The notes: a model not told the origin generated them from the letters alone. Shown: positions 9,477-18,651, numbered from the stretch's first letter. The stretch is 64,000 bases of DNA from an uncultured Actinomycetes bacterium (GCA_963805545.1 CAWDUU010000004.1:13255-77254), one strand, 5' to 3'. Numbers and translations are program-made.

Positions 9477-9635
9477 ATGAACGAGTTCGGGCCTGCTCCA
9501 TGCCGCGAGAGCGGCCAGGCGATGGCCGAATACGCGGTCACGCTCGGCGTCATCACATTGGCGGTCGTCGCCACGTTCGCGCTCCTCAGCGCGGGTGTCA
9601 TCGGCACCATGAGCTCCGTCATCGCCTCGCTCTAG
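9477..9635 (+). CDS. Flp family type IVb pilin
   Basis: ESGQ|AMAEYAVTLGVI prepilin cleavage motif (G|xxxEY) followed by a hydrophobic helix. Confidence 0.8.
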   Translation: MNEFGPAPCRESGQAMAEYAVTLGVITLAVVATFALLSAGVIGTMSSVIASL

Positions 9636-10423
9636 GGGCGAGCTTCTTCTCCCAGCACGGCGCTCACCTCTCCGGAGGTGACGTCGTGCCATGGTCCCGC
9701 ATGCCACGCGCGATCGGCGTAGCGCTCGCGCCGGAGCCCGTCCGCCAGCTCCCGCTCGCGCGCCGAGGGCGGCTCCTCGGCCGCGCCGTCGCCCGCGAAG
9801 GCGGCGATCACGGCCGCGCGGGCGTCGGCCATCGCGACTCCGAGGTTCGCGACCCGGTCGGGCCGGCTCCCGGCAGGCCGCGGGCGCCCGTCCAGGCTTC
9901 CTCCGCGCGGGCCGGCGAGGCAGGCGGCCAGCGCGTCCAGGTCGGCGTCGACCAGCAGGGTGCCGTGGACGAGCGTCGCCCGCCTCCCGCGATGGGCGGC
10001 GACGCCCGTCACCTTGCGACCGCCGACGCGCACGGTGCGCTCGTCGCGGGCCGCGTCGGCGCCGAGGGCGCGGCAGGCGGCCGCGATCCCGTCGAGGAGC
10101 GGAGCGTAGAGGTCGGGCACGCCCAGCGCCGCGTCGGGGTGGCCCGCCGGGACAGCGATCCCCGCGCACAGCGTGCCCGGGTCGAGATAGACGGCGCCGC
10201 CGCCGGTGAACCGGCGCCACACCCGGACGCCGCGAGCGGCGCAGGCCGCGCCGTCGACCTCCCAGTCGGCCCGCTGGAACCGGCCGATCACGACCGCGGG
10301 CCGCGTGTGCCACAGGACGAGGACCGGGATGTCCGGCTCGGCCCGCACGACGGCCTCGTCCAGCGCGAGCGCCGCGGCCGGGTCGACCAGACCGGCCGAG
10401 ACGACGCGGGCGCCCGCCGTCAA
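9632..10423 (-). CDS. Lipoate-protein ligase A family protein
   Basis: VVIGRFQ, RRFTGGGAVYLDPG, KVTGVA, HGTLLVDAD. Confidence 0.85.
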   Translation of the reverse strand: MTAGARVVSAGLVDPAAALALDEAVVRAEPDIPVLVLWHTRPAVVIGRFQRADWEVDGAACAARGVRVWRRFTGGGAVYLDPGTLCAGIAVPAGHPDAALGVPDLYAPLLDGIAAACRALGADAARDERTVRVGGRKVTGVAAHRGRRATLVHGTLLVDADLDALAACLAGPRGGSLDGRPRPAGSRPDRVANLGVAMADARAAVIAAFAGDGAAEEPPSARERELADGLRRERYADRAWHAGPWHDVTSGEVSAVLGEEARP

Positions 10424-11133
10424 CGCACCCGGATCCCGGCCCGCGCCAGCCTCACCGACGCCGAGGCCGGCGCGGACGCGTCGAGCGTCACCTCCTCGGG
10501 CAGCTCCGCCCGGGCCGCCTCCAGCTCGCGCCGCAGCGCCGGCGGGTCGCCCAGCCGGTCGAGCTCGGCGCGCGCGTCGGCGGCGTGCTCGGCCGCCGCC
10601 GATCCGGCCTCCGCCACCTCCTGGGCGGCTTCGCCGGCGGCGTCCGCCAGCGCGAGCGCCTCGCGGCGGGCGGCCTCGGGCCGGCCGTCCTGGCCACCCG
10701 GCGGGATCTCGACCGCAAACGGCGATCGCTCGACGGCCGCGGCCATCGCGTGCCGCTCGCGGTCGATCAGCTCACGCTGCCGGCGTGTGGCCAGCCGGGC
10801 CGACTCGACGCCGAGCCGGGCCGCCTCGGCGTCCTCGGCGCTCGGGCCGGGATCGGCCCCCGCCGCCTCGGCGATCTGCTCGAGCTCGAACGCCCGCTGC
10901 CACTCGGTGACCAGCGGCCCCTGGTCGACCCACTCCCGCTCCAGCTCCCGCGCGATCGGCTCGAGCGCCGCGCCGGCCCGCTCCATGGCCGTCGCCACCT
11001 CGGGCGCCGCCGCCAGGACCTCCTCGTCGCGGGCCAGCTCGGCCGCGAGCGTCTCGGCCCGGATCAGGCGCCGCTCCAGCGCCTCGACCCTGTCGGCCAG
11101 GGCCAGCAGCCGCTCCAGCTCAGCCGGCTTCAT
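10420..11133 (-). CDS. Hypothetical coiled-coil protein
   Basis: Ala/Glu/Arg-rich helical ORF with operonic overlaps on both sides. Confidence 0.6.
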   Translation of the reverse strand: MKPAELERLLALADRVEALERRLIRAETLAAELARDEEVLAAAPEVATAMERAGAALEPIARELEREWVDQGPLVTEWQRAFELEQIAEAAGADPGPSAEDAEAARLGVESARLATRRQRELIDRERHAMAAAVERSPFAVEIPPGGQDGRPEAARREALALADAAGEAAQEVAEAGSAAAEHAADARAELDRLGDPPALRRELEAARAELPEEVTLDASAPASASVRLARAGIRVR

Positions 11134-11884
11134 CGGGGAGTGGGCGCAGCCGCGGCCACGCCGCGAGCCGGCGCTCGAAGAGCGCGCCGAGCCGCGGCCC
11201 GAGTGCGACGCCGGCGGCGTCGAGGAAGCAGTACCCGCCGGGGATGCCGCTCGGCGGGTTGCCGATGCTGAGGGTGCCGGATGGATCCTGGTGGGCCCAC
11301 GCCCAGGCCCCCACCCCGGTCCCGATCAGCTCCAGGTAGCTCGTGACGAGGAACGCCCCGGCGTAGACCAGCGGCCGGCTGCCGCGCAGGGTGAACCGGA
11401 GCAGAAAGAGGTACATGATCGCGCCGAAGGCGTCGCGGCGCGGCGAGAGCAGGAGCCCCCACGCCGCCCACGCGCCGCAGACCGCGAGCGTGAACACGAT
11501 GAGCGGGCGCCGAAGGAGCGCGGCGACCTGCGAGCGTCCGATCGAGAGCGCAGCCAGGTAGACCAGGCCGTGCCCGGGCGGGACGTAGCTCGGCACGTTG
11601 TGGAGGCGGTAGGTGTAGTAGCCGAGGAAGGGCGAGGCCGTGTACTCGACACAGGTCGCAACGATGATCACGCCGACGACCTGGAGCCGCACCGAGCGCT
11701 TCTCGCCCCGCAGCAGGGCCACGAGCAGGGCCCACGTGACGAGCCCGACCAGCCGCTGGCGCCAGATGCCCGCGCCGGAGTCGGTGCCGGCGCCGAGCGC
11801 GATCCAGGCGAAGACGATCGCCGCGACGGAGAGCTCGCGCCGGGACGCGCGAGCTGCGGCGGCGATCTGGGCGCGGGTCGGCAC
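11120..11884 (-). CDS. Hypothetical integral membrane protein
   Basis: Multiple TM segments, RLHNVPSYVPPGHGLVY and WAW motifs; TACAGT 6 nt before GTG 11884. Confidence 0.7.
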   Translation of the reverse strand: MPTRAQIAAAARASRRELSVAAIVFAWIALGAGTDSGAGIWRQRLVGLVTWALLVALLRGEKRSVRLQVVGVIIVATCVEYTASPFLGYYTYRLHNVPSYVPPGHGLVYLAALSIGRSQVAALLRRPLIVFTLAVCGAWAAWGLLLSPRRDAFGAIMYLFLLRFTLRGSRPLVYAGAFLVTSYLELIGTGVGAWAWAHQDPSGTLSIGNPPSGIPGGYCFLDAAGVALGPRLGALFERRLAAWPRLRPLPDEAG

Positions 11885-11916
11885 GGTCGGACTGTATCGG
11901 CCTCGGGCCCCGGCGG

Positions 11917-12621
11917 TTACCTGCTCGCCAGCCCGCCGGCGGTCTCGCCGCCGTCGACGGTGATGACGGCGCCCGTCACGTACGACGCGTCGTCGGAGGC
12001 CAGGAAGGCGTAGACGGCCGCGATCTCGTCGGGGCGGGCGTGCCGCCTGAGCGGGATCTTGGCGTCGACCTGCGCCAGCATCTCGGGCGTGTACTCGGCC
12101 TCCTGCATCGGTGTCAGCACGTAGCCGGGGCAGACCGCGTTCACGCGCACCGAAGGCGCCCATTCGAGCGCGAGCGTGCGCGTGAGCTCGATCACGCCCG
12201 CCTTCGACGCGTTGTAGTCGGCATAGTGGGGATGGCCGACGTAGCCGTTCGTCGACGCGGTGTTCAGGATCACGCCGCCGCCGGCGGCGAGCATCGCCCG
12301 CCCGGCGGTCTGGGCGACGTTGAAGACGCCGAGCAGGTTCGTGTCGAGCACGCGCCGCCAGCGGCGCTCGTCGATCTCGAGCGCGGGGCCGCGCTCGCTC
12401 ACGCCCGCATTCGAGACGACCACGTCCACCCGGCCCAGCTCGGCGAAGGCGGCCCGCACGGCCGCGCCGTCGGACACGTCGACGCGCACGCCGTCCGGAC
12501 CGGGGTCGAGGTCGAGCACGACCACGTCGGAGCCCTCGGCCCGGAAGCGCTCCACGGTTGCGGCGCCGATCCCCCGCGCACCGCCGGTGACGACCACCCG
12601 CTTTGCTTCCAGACCGCGCAC
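11917..12621 (-). CDS. Short-chain dehydrogenase/reductase
   Basis: TGGARGIG, NAG, YNASK, VNAVCPG, ASYVTG. Confidence 0.9.
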   Translation of the reverse strand: MRGLEAKRVVVTGGARGIGAATVERFRAEGSDVVVLDLDPGPDGVRVDVSDGAAVRAAFAELGRVDVVVSNAGVSERGPALEIDERRWRRVLDTNLLGVFNVAQTAGRAMLAAGGGVILNTASTNGYVGHPHYADYNASKAGVIELTRTLALEWAPSVRVNAVCPGYVLTPMQEAEYTPEMLAQVDAKIPLRRHARPDEIAAVYAFLASDDASYVTGAVITVDGGETAGGLASR

Positions 12622-12645
12622 GGCCGGGAACGCTACCGTGCCGGC

Positions 12646-13530
12646 ATGGCCGAGCGGCAGATCGACGTGACCGCGATCGAGGTGCGGCGGGCGCTGGCCC
12701 GCACCTTCCACGGCGCGGAGTCGGAGTCGCACGCCTGGCAGGGCACCGTCGGCGTCGGCGACGCGGTCGTCTCGGTCGACGTCGTTCCGCGGGAGGGCGG
12801 CTCGATGGTGCACGCCCGCGCACGCTCGATCGAGTGCGACGCCCAGCCCGCGCGCCTGGCGCGCGTGCTGGCGAGCGAGAACGCGGAGCTCGTCCTCGGC
12901 CGGTTCGCCGCCCCCGGAGGCGCCGTCGACGTCGAGCACGCGATCCTGGCGGGCCCCACGATGGACGCGGTCGAGGTGCAGGCGTCGGTGTGGGCCGTCG
13001 GGTGGGCGGCCGCCTCGTTCGCCCCGCGGATGCGCGCGCTCGTCACCGAGGCCGTCCCGGTCCCGCCCCCGCCGCAGACGCCGGCCGCGAGGCTGCGCGA
13101 CTCCGCCGACCACGTCGAGTTCACGACCCGGCGCGTCCGCCAGCACCTCGACGCCCGCTACGGCGGCTTCGAGCATCACCCCGACTGGGGCTTCCACGGC
13201 GCGTTCGGGAGCGCCCGCGTCTTCGTCGAGGTGCTCCCCGTTCTCGACGACTCGACGGCCGTGCGCGTCTCCTCGCCGGTGCTGTCCCAGGTCGCGCTGT
13301 CGGACGGGCTCGCGCTGCGCCTGCTCGATCTGGCGAGCGAGCAGCCGTTCGGCGCCTTCGCCCATCTGGCCGCGCGTGACGAGGTCTGGCTCCAGCACGC
13401 GATCCTGGGCGACGATCTCGACCCGGTGGAGCTCGTGACGGCGATCGACGCCGTCGCGGCGGTGGCCGACGGCTGCGACGATGCGCTCGCCCGGGAGTTC
13501 GGCGGTTTGCGCTACGCCGACCTGGGGTAG
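12646..13530 (+). CDS. Protein with two YbjN/T3SS-chaperone-like domains (putative)
   Basis: Two similar halves (SENAELVLGRF...VEHAILAG and SEQPFGAF...LQHAILGDDLDPVEL...ADGCDDAL...FGG); TACCGT 6 nt before ATG. Confidence 0.6.
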   Translation: MAERQIDVTAIEVRRALARTFHGAESESHAWQGTVGVGDAVVSVDVVPREGGSMVHARARSIECDAQPARLARVLASENAELVLGRFAAPGGAVDVEHAILAGPTMDAVEVQASVWAVGWAAASFAPRMRALVTEAVPVPPPPQTPAARLRDSADHVEFTTRRVRQHLDARYGGFEHHPDWGFHGAFGSARVFVEVLPVLDDSTAVRVSSPVLSQVALSDGLALRLLDLASEQPFGAFAHLAARDEVWLQHAILGDDLDPVELVTAIDAVAAVADGCDDALAREFGGLRYADLG

Positions 13531-13569
13531 GCGCGCAGCATGGGCCGATCTGGGATGCTCACGCGTGCG

Positions 13570-13854
13570 ATGCCTTCAACCTCACGCCGAAACTGGACGT
13601 TCCTGACCAACCACGCCGCCGTGCTCGTCTGCATCGACCGCAACCCCGGCACGCGCATCGACGACGTCGCCGTCGAGATCGGGATCTCGCGCCGCGCCGC
13701 GCAGATGATCGTGAGCGATCTCGCCGAGGCCGGGTACATCGAGCGAACCCGGATCGGACGCCGGAACCACTACCGCGTCCGCGACGAGATGCCGCTGCGA
13801 AGGAAGCCGTTTCAGGAGAGCGACGTCCGCGCGCTCCTGACCCTTTTGAGGTAG
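13570..13854 (+). CDS. Winged-HTH (MarR/AsnC-like) regulator
   Basis: WTFLTNHAAVLVCI, IGISRRAAQMIVSDLAEAGYIERTRIGRRNHY. Confidence 0.8.
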   Translation: MPSTSRRNWTFLTNHAAVLVCIDRNPGTRIDDVAVEIGISRRAAQMIVSDLAEAGYIERTRIGRRNHYRVRDEMPLRRKPFQESDVRALLTLLR

Positions 13855-13869
13855 CTGCACACTTCACCC

Positions 13870-13897
13870 TAAAGGTGGAGCGGATCGACGCCGATAT
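13870..13897 (+). promoter_or_regulatory. Sigma-28/SigD/WhiG-type promoter TAAA-N16-GCCGATAT upstream of Flp pilin
   Basis: Exact match to the B. subtilis SigD consensus; followed by hairpin CTGCCGG-tgcact-CCGGCAG (13913..13932) and AAGGAGG RBS. Confidence 0.7.
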
Positions 13898-13957
13898 CTC
13901 AACCACTGTCCTCTGCCGGTGCACTCCGGCAGGTGTGGTCATCAAGGAGGCGATTCG

Positions 13958-14116
13958 GTGATCGAGTTCTTCAACCGGCTTCGTGACGAGAGTGGTCAGA
14001 CCATGGCTGAGTACGCCGTGGTTCTGGGCGTCATCACCATTGCGGTGGTCGTCACTCTGGGTCTGCTTTCGACGGCGATCCAGAACACGCTCAACAACGT
14101 CATCGCGTCTCTCTAG
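13958..14116 (+). CDS. Flp family type IVb pilin
   Basis: RDESGQ|TMAEYAVVLGVI; AAGGAGG RBS before GTG. Confidence 0.88.
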   Translation: MIEFFNRLRDESGQTMAEYAVVLGVITIAVVVTLGLLSTAIQNTLNNVIASL

Positions 14117-14181
14117 AGACGCGGCCGCGGCGGCCGGCGCGAGGGAAACCTCACGCCGGCCGCCGCGTTTAACGAACCGCC

Positions 14182-15630
14182 TCAGCCGATCAGCGGGACG
14201 CCGCCGGGAAACGTCCCGAGCGCCTGCACCGTGAGGCCCACGCCGAGCAGCGTGATGACGGCGGCGCTGAAGGTCGGCGCCGCCTGGACGAGCCGGCCGC
14301 TCGACGGCACCCGGTCGACCAGACGGCGCGCGTAGACCACCAGCATGCCGACGCCGGTGAGCGTCGCCGCGAGGCCGACGCTGAACGCCACCACGAGCAG
14401 CAGCCCGAACGCAACCCTGTGGACGGCGATCGCGCCGAGCATCACGACGAGCGCCGACGGGCACGGGAGGATGCCGCCGGAGATCCCGAGCGCCAGCATG
14501 CTGCGGACGGTGATCGCGCCGGGCGGTTCGTGGGTGTGGCCGCCCGGGCCGTGGTCGTGGTCGTGCGCATGGTCGTGGTCGTGGTGATGGTGATGATGCT
14601 GCACCGCCCGCAGCCGCCGGGCGCGGCGGATCAGGATCGAGCCGCCCATCGCGACGACGACCAGCCCCGAGACGACCGAGAGCCACGGATAGAGCGTCTC
14701 GGGCAGGATGTAGCTCGACAGGTAGAGCGTCACGATCCCGAGCGCGAAGATGGACGCGGTGTGGGTCACGGTCACCGTGAGCCCGAGGAAGGCCGCGTGC
14801 CGGGCGGTCCCGCGCGAGCCGACCAGGTACGCCGCCACGATCGACTTCCCGTGGCCGGGCGAGAGCGCGTGCACCGCGCCCCAGAACATCGCGATCGCGA
14901 CGGCGGCGAGGATGAAGCCGATCCCGAGGTCGCGGTGGGTGACGAGGTCGGTGAATGCGCCGCCCGAGACGGCGACGCTCGCGCCGCCGCTCCCGTGCGG
15001 GGCGCCGACCGAGACGCTCGCGCCGCTCCCGTACCGGTAGCCGAAGGTGGCCGTGCGGACGTCGAGCGGCGTCGAGAGCATCCCCGACGGGTAGTGGCGC
15101 AGCATGTCCGACACGTCGTGGGTCGCGGCCGACGACCGGGTGAGGACGGCGCCGGGTGCCGCCCGCATCACGATCTCCTTCCACCCCACCCGGTCGCCGA
15201 AGGTGTCGTCCGCGAACGTCGCGGTGAACGGCCCGCCGCCGGCGACGCGGGCGGTGAGCGGCACGGTCACGCGCATGCAGTCGAGCCCGCCCTGGCCCTT
15301 CCGCAGGGTCGCCGTCACGTGGACCGCGTCGGGCACGAGCGGCACCGCCCTGCCGTCGACGGTCAGGTGGAGCCGCCGCGCGAACGTCTCGACGTGCGCG
15401 GCCGCCCAGGCCCGTGCCCGCTCGGGCGTCGGCCCTCCGCCGAGCGCCTGGAACGTCGGGATCTCGGCCTCGTCGAGCACGAACGTGACCTTGACCGAGC
15501 CCTTCTCGAGCTCGACCAGGCTGTAGCGGTTGACGGTGAAGTTCCCGAGCGGATGGGCCTGCGCGATCGCCGGCGCCGCCGCCGCGAGGACGGCGACGCC
15601 GGCGAGCACGGCCGCGAGGCGGCGGATCAT
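14182..15630 (-). CDS. Ni/Co transporter (NicO/RcnA/HoxN family) with extracytoplasmic N-terminal domain
   Basis: Signal ending AHPLGN, GAVHALSPGHGKS, His-rich loop HHHHHHDHDHAHDHDH, GILPCPSALVV. Confidence 0.85.
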   Translation of the reverse strand: MIRRLAAVLAGVAVLAAAAPAIAQAHPLGNFTVNRYSLVELEKGSVKVTFVLDEAEIPTFQALGGGPTPERARAWAAAHVETFARRLHLTVDGRAVPLVPDAVHVTATLRKGQGGLDCMRVTVPLTARVAGGGPFTATFADDTFGDRVGWKEIVMRAAPGAVLTRSSAATHDVSDMLRHYPSGMLSTPLDVRTATFGYRYGSGASVSVGAPHGSGGASVAVSGGAFTDLVTHRDLGIGFILAAVAIAMFWGAVHALSPGHGKSIVAAYLVGSRGTARHAAFLGLTVTVTHTASIFALGIVTLYLSSYILPETLYPWLSVVSGLVVVAMGGSILIRRARRLRAVQHHHHHHDHDHAHDHDHGPGGHTHEPPGAITVRSMLALGISGGILPCPSALVVMLGAIAVHRVAFGLLLVVAFSVGLAATLTGVGMLVVYARRLVDRVPSSGRLVQAAPTFSAAVITLLGVGLTVQALGTFPGGVPLIG

Positions 15631-16961
15631 CGCCCGGCCTCCCGCAGGAGCCGGCGGGCGGCGGGCGCGTAGCGGAGCGAGAAGCCGGGGTTCAGGCGCA
15701 GGGCGGCGCGCAGGTCGCGCGTCGCCGCGGCGGTCATCCCGAGCGCCGCCTCGATGGCGCCCCGGTGGAAGAGGAAGTTCGAGTCGCGCGTCCCGAGCCG
15801 GAGCGCCCGGTCCGAGGCCGCGAGCGCCGCCCGGGAGCGGCCCGCCTTGAAGAGCGTCCAGGCGAGCGCGTCCTCGACCGTCACGCTCGGCTGGATTCTC
15901 ACCAGCGCGCGCATGCGGTCGAGCGCGGCGGCGACGTCTCCGCCGTGGTCGTCGTCGAAGAGCGCGAGCTCGACGTCCACGTTCACGCCGTTTGCGGCAT
16001 AGAGCCGCTCCTCGGCCCGGACGAGCGCGTACTGGCGCCTCGCCGCCGCGGGCTCCCCGGCCGCGCGGTACACGTCGCCGAGCGCGATCACGTAGGCCGG
16101 CAGCGGATAGCGCGCCACGACTGCCCGGTAGCCGGCGGCGGCCGCGCGGTAGTCGCCGCGGGCCGCCGCCAGCTTCGCCCGGGCTGCCCGGGCGTGCAGG
16201 AACCCGGGATAGGCATGAAGAGCGGTGCGGTAGCTCCGCTCCGCCTCGGCGTAGCGGCCATGGTTGAAGTCGAGGTTCCCGAGATAGAGGTACGCCCAGG
16301 CCGTGTTCTCGCCGGCCGGCGCGCCCGACTGGGTGGCCTGGACGAGCGCCCGGCGGGCCGCGGCCGTGCGGCCGTGGAGCTCGAGGTAGTAGGACGCGCG
16401 CGAGTAGGACGCGAGGTCGGGGCGCTGGTCGAGCAGCCGCTCGATCGCGGTGCGGGCGGCGCCGTAGCGGCCCAGCTCGACGTTCGCATCGACGACGACG
16501 CCCATCGCAAACGGGCCGGCCGGGTCGATCGCCAGCGCCCGCCGGCCGAGCGCGAGCGCACCGGTGAAGTCGTGCCGGGAGAGGGCGAGCGAGCCCTGGC
16601 CGGCGAGCGCCGTGAAGTCGCGCGGCGCGAGCGCAAGCGCATGGCGGAAGAGCGCATCGGCGCGCGTGTACCAGGTGGGATCGCCGTCCTCGCGGGCCAT
16701 CTGGAGCTCGGCGAGGGCCAGGTTGTCGGCGGCCTGCGCGGAGCCCGGCTTGGCCGCCGCCTCGGCCCGGTAGCGGGCGACGAGCTGCGGGGTCGTGAGC
16801 GTGCGGGGGGCCGCGTCGGCGTACGGGATCGCCGCGGCCGCCACGTGCGGGCGCGGCGCGGCCGGGCTGCCGCCACGAAGCACGACTGCCGCCGCCGCGA
16901 CGGCGGCGAGGGCCGGGAGGCCCAGGATGAGCGGGGAGAGCTTTCGGCGTGCGATCAGCAT
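15627..16961 (-). CDS. Exported/membrane-anchored tetratricopeptide-repeat protein
   Basis: N-terminal TM, repeated TPR helices, DALAWTLFKAG. Confidence 0.8.
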   Translation of the reverse strand: MLIARRKLSPLILGLPALAAVAAAAVVLRGGSPAAPRPHVAAAAIPYADAAPRTLTTPQLVARYRAEAAAKPGSAQAADNLALAELQMAREDGDPTWYTRADALFRHALALAPRDFTALAGQGSLALSRHDFTGALALGRRALAIDPAGPFAMGVVVDANVELGRYGAARTAIERLLDQRPDLASYSRASYYLELHGRTAAARRALVQATQSGAPAGENTAWAYLYLGNLDFNHGRYAEAERSYRTALHAYPGFLHARAARAKLAAARGDYRAAAAGYRAVVARYPLPAYVIALGDVYRAAGEPAAARRQYALVRAEERLYAANGVNVDVELALFDDDHGGDVAAALDRMRALVRIQPSVTVEDALAWTLFKAGRSRAALAASDRALRLGTRDSNFLFHRGAIEAALGMTAAATRDLRAALRLNPGFSLRYAPAARRLLREAGR

Positions 16962-16981
16962 GATGTGTGAGGCGATGAGCC

Positions 16982-17013
16982 CCCGGGGCCCGGCGGGAGG
17001 GCCGGGCCCCGGG
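16982..17013 (-). terminator. Perfect 13-bp GC stem-loop between DUF4331 and TPR genes
   Basis: CCCGGGGCCCGGC-gggagg-GCCGGGCCCCGGG; no U-tract. Confidence 0.55.
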
Positions 17014-17024
17014 AGCGCCCGGTG

Positions 17025-18362
17025 CTACGGCGTCGGCACCTGGTGGATGCCGACCGTCCCGGACTGGGCCTCCGCCAGGTACGGGAACACCGTGTCGAAC
17101 GACTCGTCGTTTCGCTGCACGCCGTCGGACGCCGAGTTGGCGATGGCGGGGGTGTCGGTGGCACCCGCCAGGGCGCGAAGCTCGATGTCGGTGACGTCGT
17201 CCAGCGGCCGGCGGCCGTTGGGGAATCCGGCGGTGTCGCCGCCGAGGACGCCCAGCGGGCTCTCGTGCCCGATGGCCGCCGGGTCGATGCCGGTGTTCAG
17301 GCGCAGCATGTCGGCGTGCACCTTGCCGGTGAAGTTGAGGCCGGGCAGGCCGGTCTCGAGGATCGCCAGGATGTCGTTGCGCGGGGTGTGCGTGTCACCC
17401 AGTGCAGCGGCGAGCTGGGGGGCCTTGAAGAACTGGTCGAACTGGCCGTCCCGGTTCGGGTCGACGTGGTTCCAGCGGTCCTTCTGCCCCAGCGGGATCA
17501 GCACCTCGTTCACGAGCGGGTTGCCGAGGCGCTCGATCTGCACCCAGCTGCCGCGGCCGGCGCCCGTGAGCTCGTTCGTGAAGGACTGCCGCTCGGTCTC
17601 GGCGTACATGCCGATCGTCGGGTGGCCCTTCTTGACGAGCTTGGACTTCGGGATCTGGAGGGCGATCGCCTGGACGTTCATCCCGCCGAGCGTGTCCTTG
17701 GCCACGCCCTTGGGCTTCACATGGAGGCTGTCGCCGATGTCGCCGAGCCCGAGGAAGAACGGGTCGTCGGACTGGCCCGCCCACACCTTCCCGCCGTGGC
17801 CGGCGAGGGGCTTCACGCCCAGCTTGACGAGCTGGGGATAGTTGGGCATCGAGGCCGGGCCGACGTTGTTCGGCACCGTCTTCAGGTTCCTGGCCAGATG
17901 CACCGTGCCGGCCGGCTTGCCCCTCTTGCCGAAGGTCAGCCGGTCGACCGAGTAGGTCTGGTAGACGTTCAGGCCCGGGTCGGAGAGCGACGTGACCGGG
18001 TTGCCCGGGATGTTGTAGAGGAACGTGCCCCTGTTGCGCACGTGCGTCCGGAACACCACGCGGTAGGCGATGTCGGTGCGGGCGTCGCCGTTCCGGTCGA
18101 TATTGAACTGGTAGCGGACGTGCTGTCCGAACCCGTAGTAGTTGGGGGCGTCACCGGGGTTCTCGAGCGGATTGGCCGTCATGACCAGGTTGATCTTGCT
18201 CGGATCCTTCTGATCGACCCACATGAACGTGTCCGCGAGGTCGGCCACCGGATCGTTCGAGATCAGCGGGGCCTCGCGGTGGCTCGACGCGGCTGCGGGG
18301 GAGGCGGTCATCGCCGCCGCCGCAAGGCCGGTGAGCCCGAGGGTGACTACGCGCTTCAGCAT
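17025..18362 (-). CDS. Secreted DUF4331-domain protein
   Basis: Signal peptide then SSHREAP, GQSDDPFF, QIERLGNPLVNEVLIP, GFPNGRRPLDDVTDI. Confidence 0.88.
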   Translation of the reverse strand: MLKRVVTLGLTGLAAAAMTASPAAASSHREAPLISNDPVADLADTFMWVDQKDPSKINLVMTANPLENPGDAPNYYGFGQHVRYQFNIDRNGDARTDIAYRVVFRTHVRNRGTFLYNIPGNPVTSLSDPGLNVYQTYSVDRLTFGKRGKPAGTVHLARNLKTVPNNVGPASMPNYPQLVKLGVKPLAGHGGKVWAGQSDDPFFLGLGDIGDSLHVKPKGVAKDTLGGMNVQAIALQIPKSKLVKKGHPTIGMYAETERQSFTNELTGAGRGSWVQIERLGNPLVNEVLIPLGQKDRWNHVDPNRDGQFDQFFKAPQLAAALGDTHTPRNDILAILETGLPGLNFTGKVHADMLRLNTGIDPAAIGHESPLGVLGGDTAGFPNGRRPLDDVTDIELRALAGATDTPAIANSASDGVQRNDESFDTVFPYLAEAQSGTVGIHQVPTP

Positions 18363-18419
18363 CGGAGACGTGTGTCCTTTCGTTCGAAGGGGGACGGAGA
18401 GGCCTCGTCGATGCCGGCT

Positions 18420-18446
18420 ATTCGGCCCGTCCCCGGAAACGGTTCG
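18420..18446 (-). promoter_or_regulatory. ECF (SigK-like) promoter CGAACC-N15-CCGAAT
   Basis: Minus strand CGAACC-GTTTCCGGGGACGGG-CCGAAT; resembles the mycobacterial SigK consensus CCATCC-N15-CCGAA. Confidence 0.55.
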
Positions 18447-18479
18447 GACACCCGCCGGGGCTGCTATCGTCACCGCCGC

Positions 18480-18647
18480 ATGAGCGCGGGCCGAGCGGCA
18501 ATGTGGATCATCGCGTCGGGCATCGCCCTGGCCGGGGTCGTCGTGTTCGCCGTGAACGGCCTCGACGGCATCCCGGGCGAGTGGTGGGGCGTCGCGGTCG
18601 GGGCGCTCCTGTGCGCGACGGCCTTCGGGCTGGGCTACGCCGAGTAG
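18480..18647 (+). CDS. Small two-TM membrane protein
   Basis: 55-aa hydrophobic ORF MSAGRAAMWIIASGIALAGVV... Confidence 0.55.
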   Translation: MSAGRAAMWIIASGIALAGVVVFAVNGLDGIPGEWWGVAVGALLCATAFGLGYAE

Positions 18648-18651
18648 CGCC

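Noticed and set aside
14530-14600. His/Asp trinucleotide-like repeat as a contingency locus
   Set aside because: It encodes the metal-binding His loop typical of NicO/RcnA transporters.
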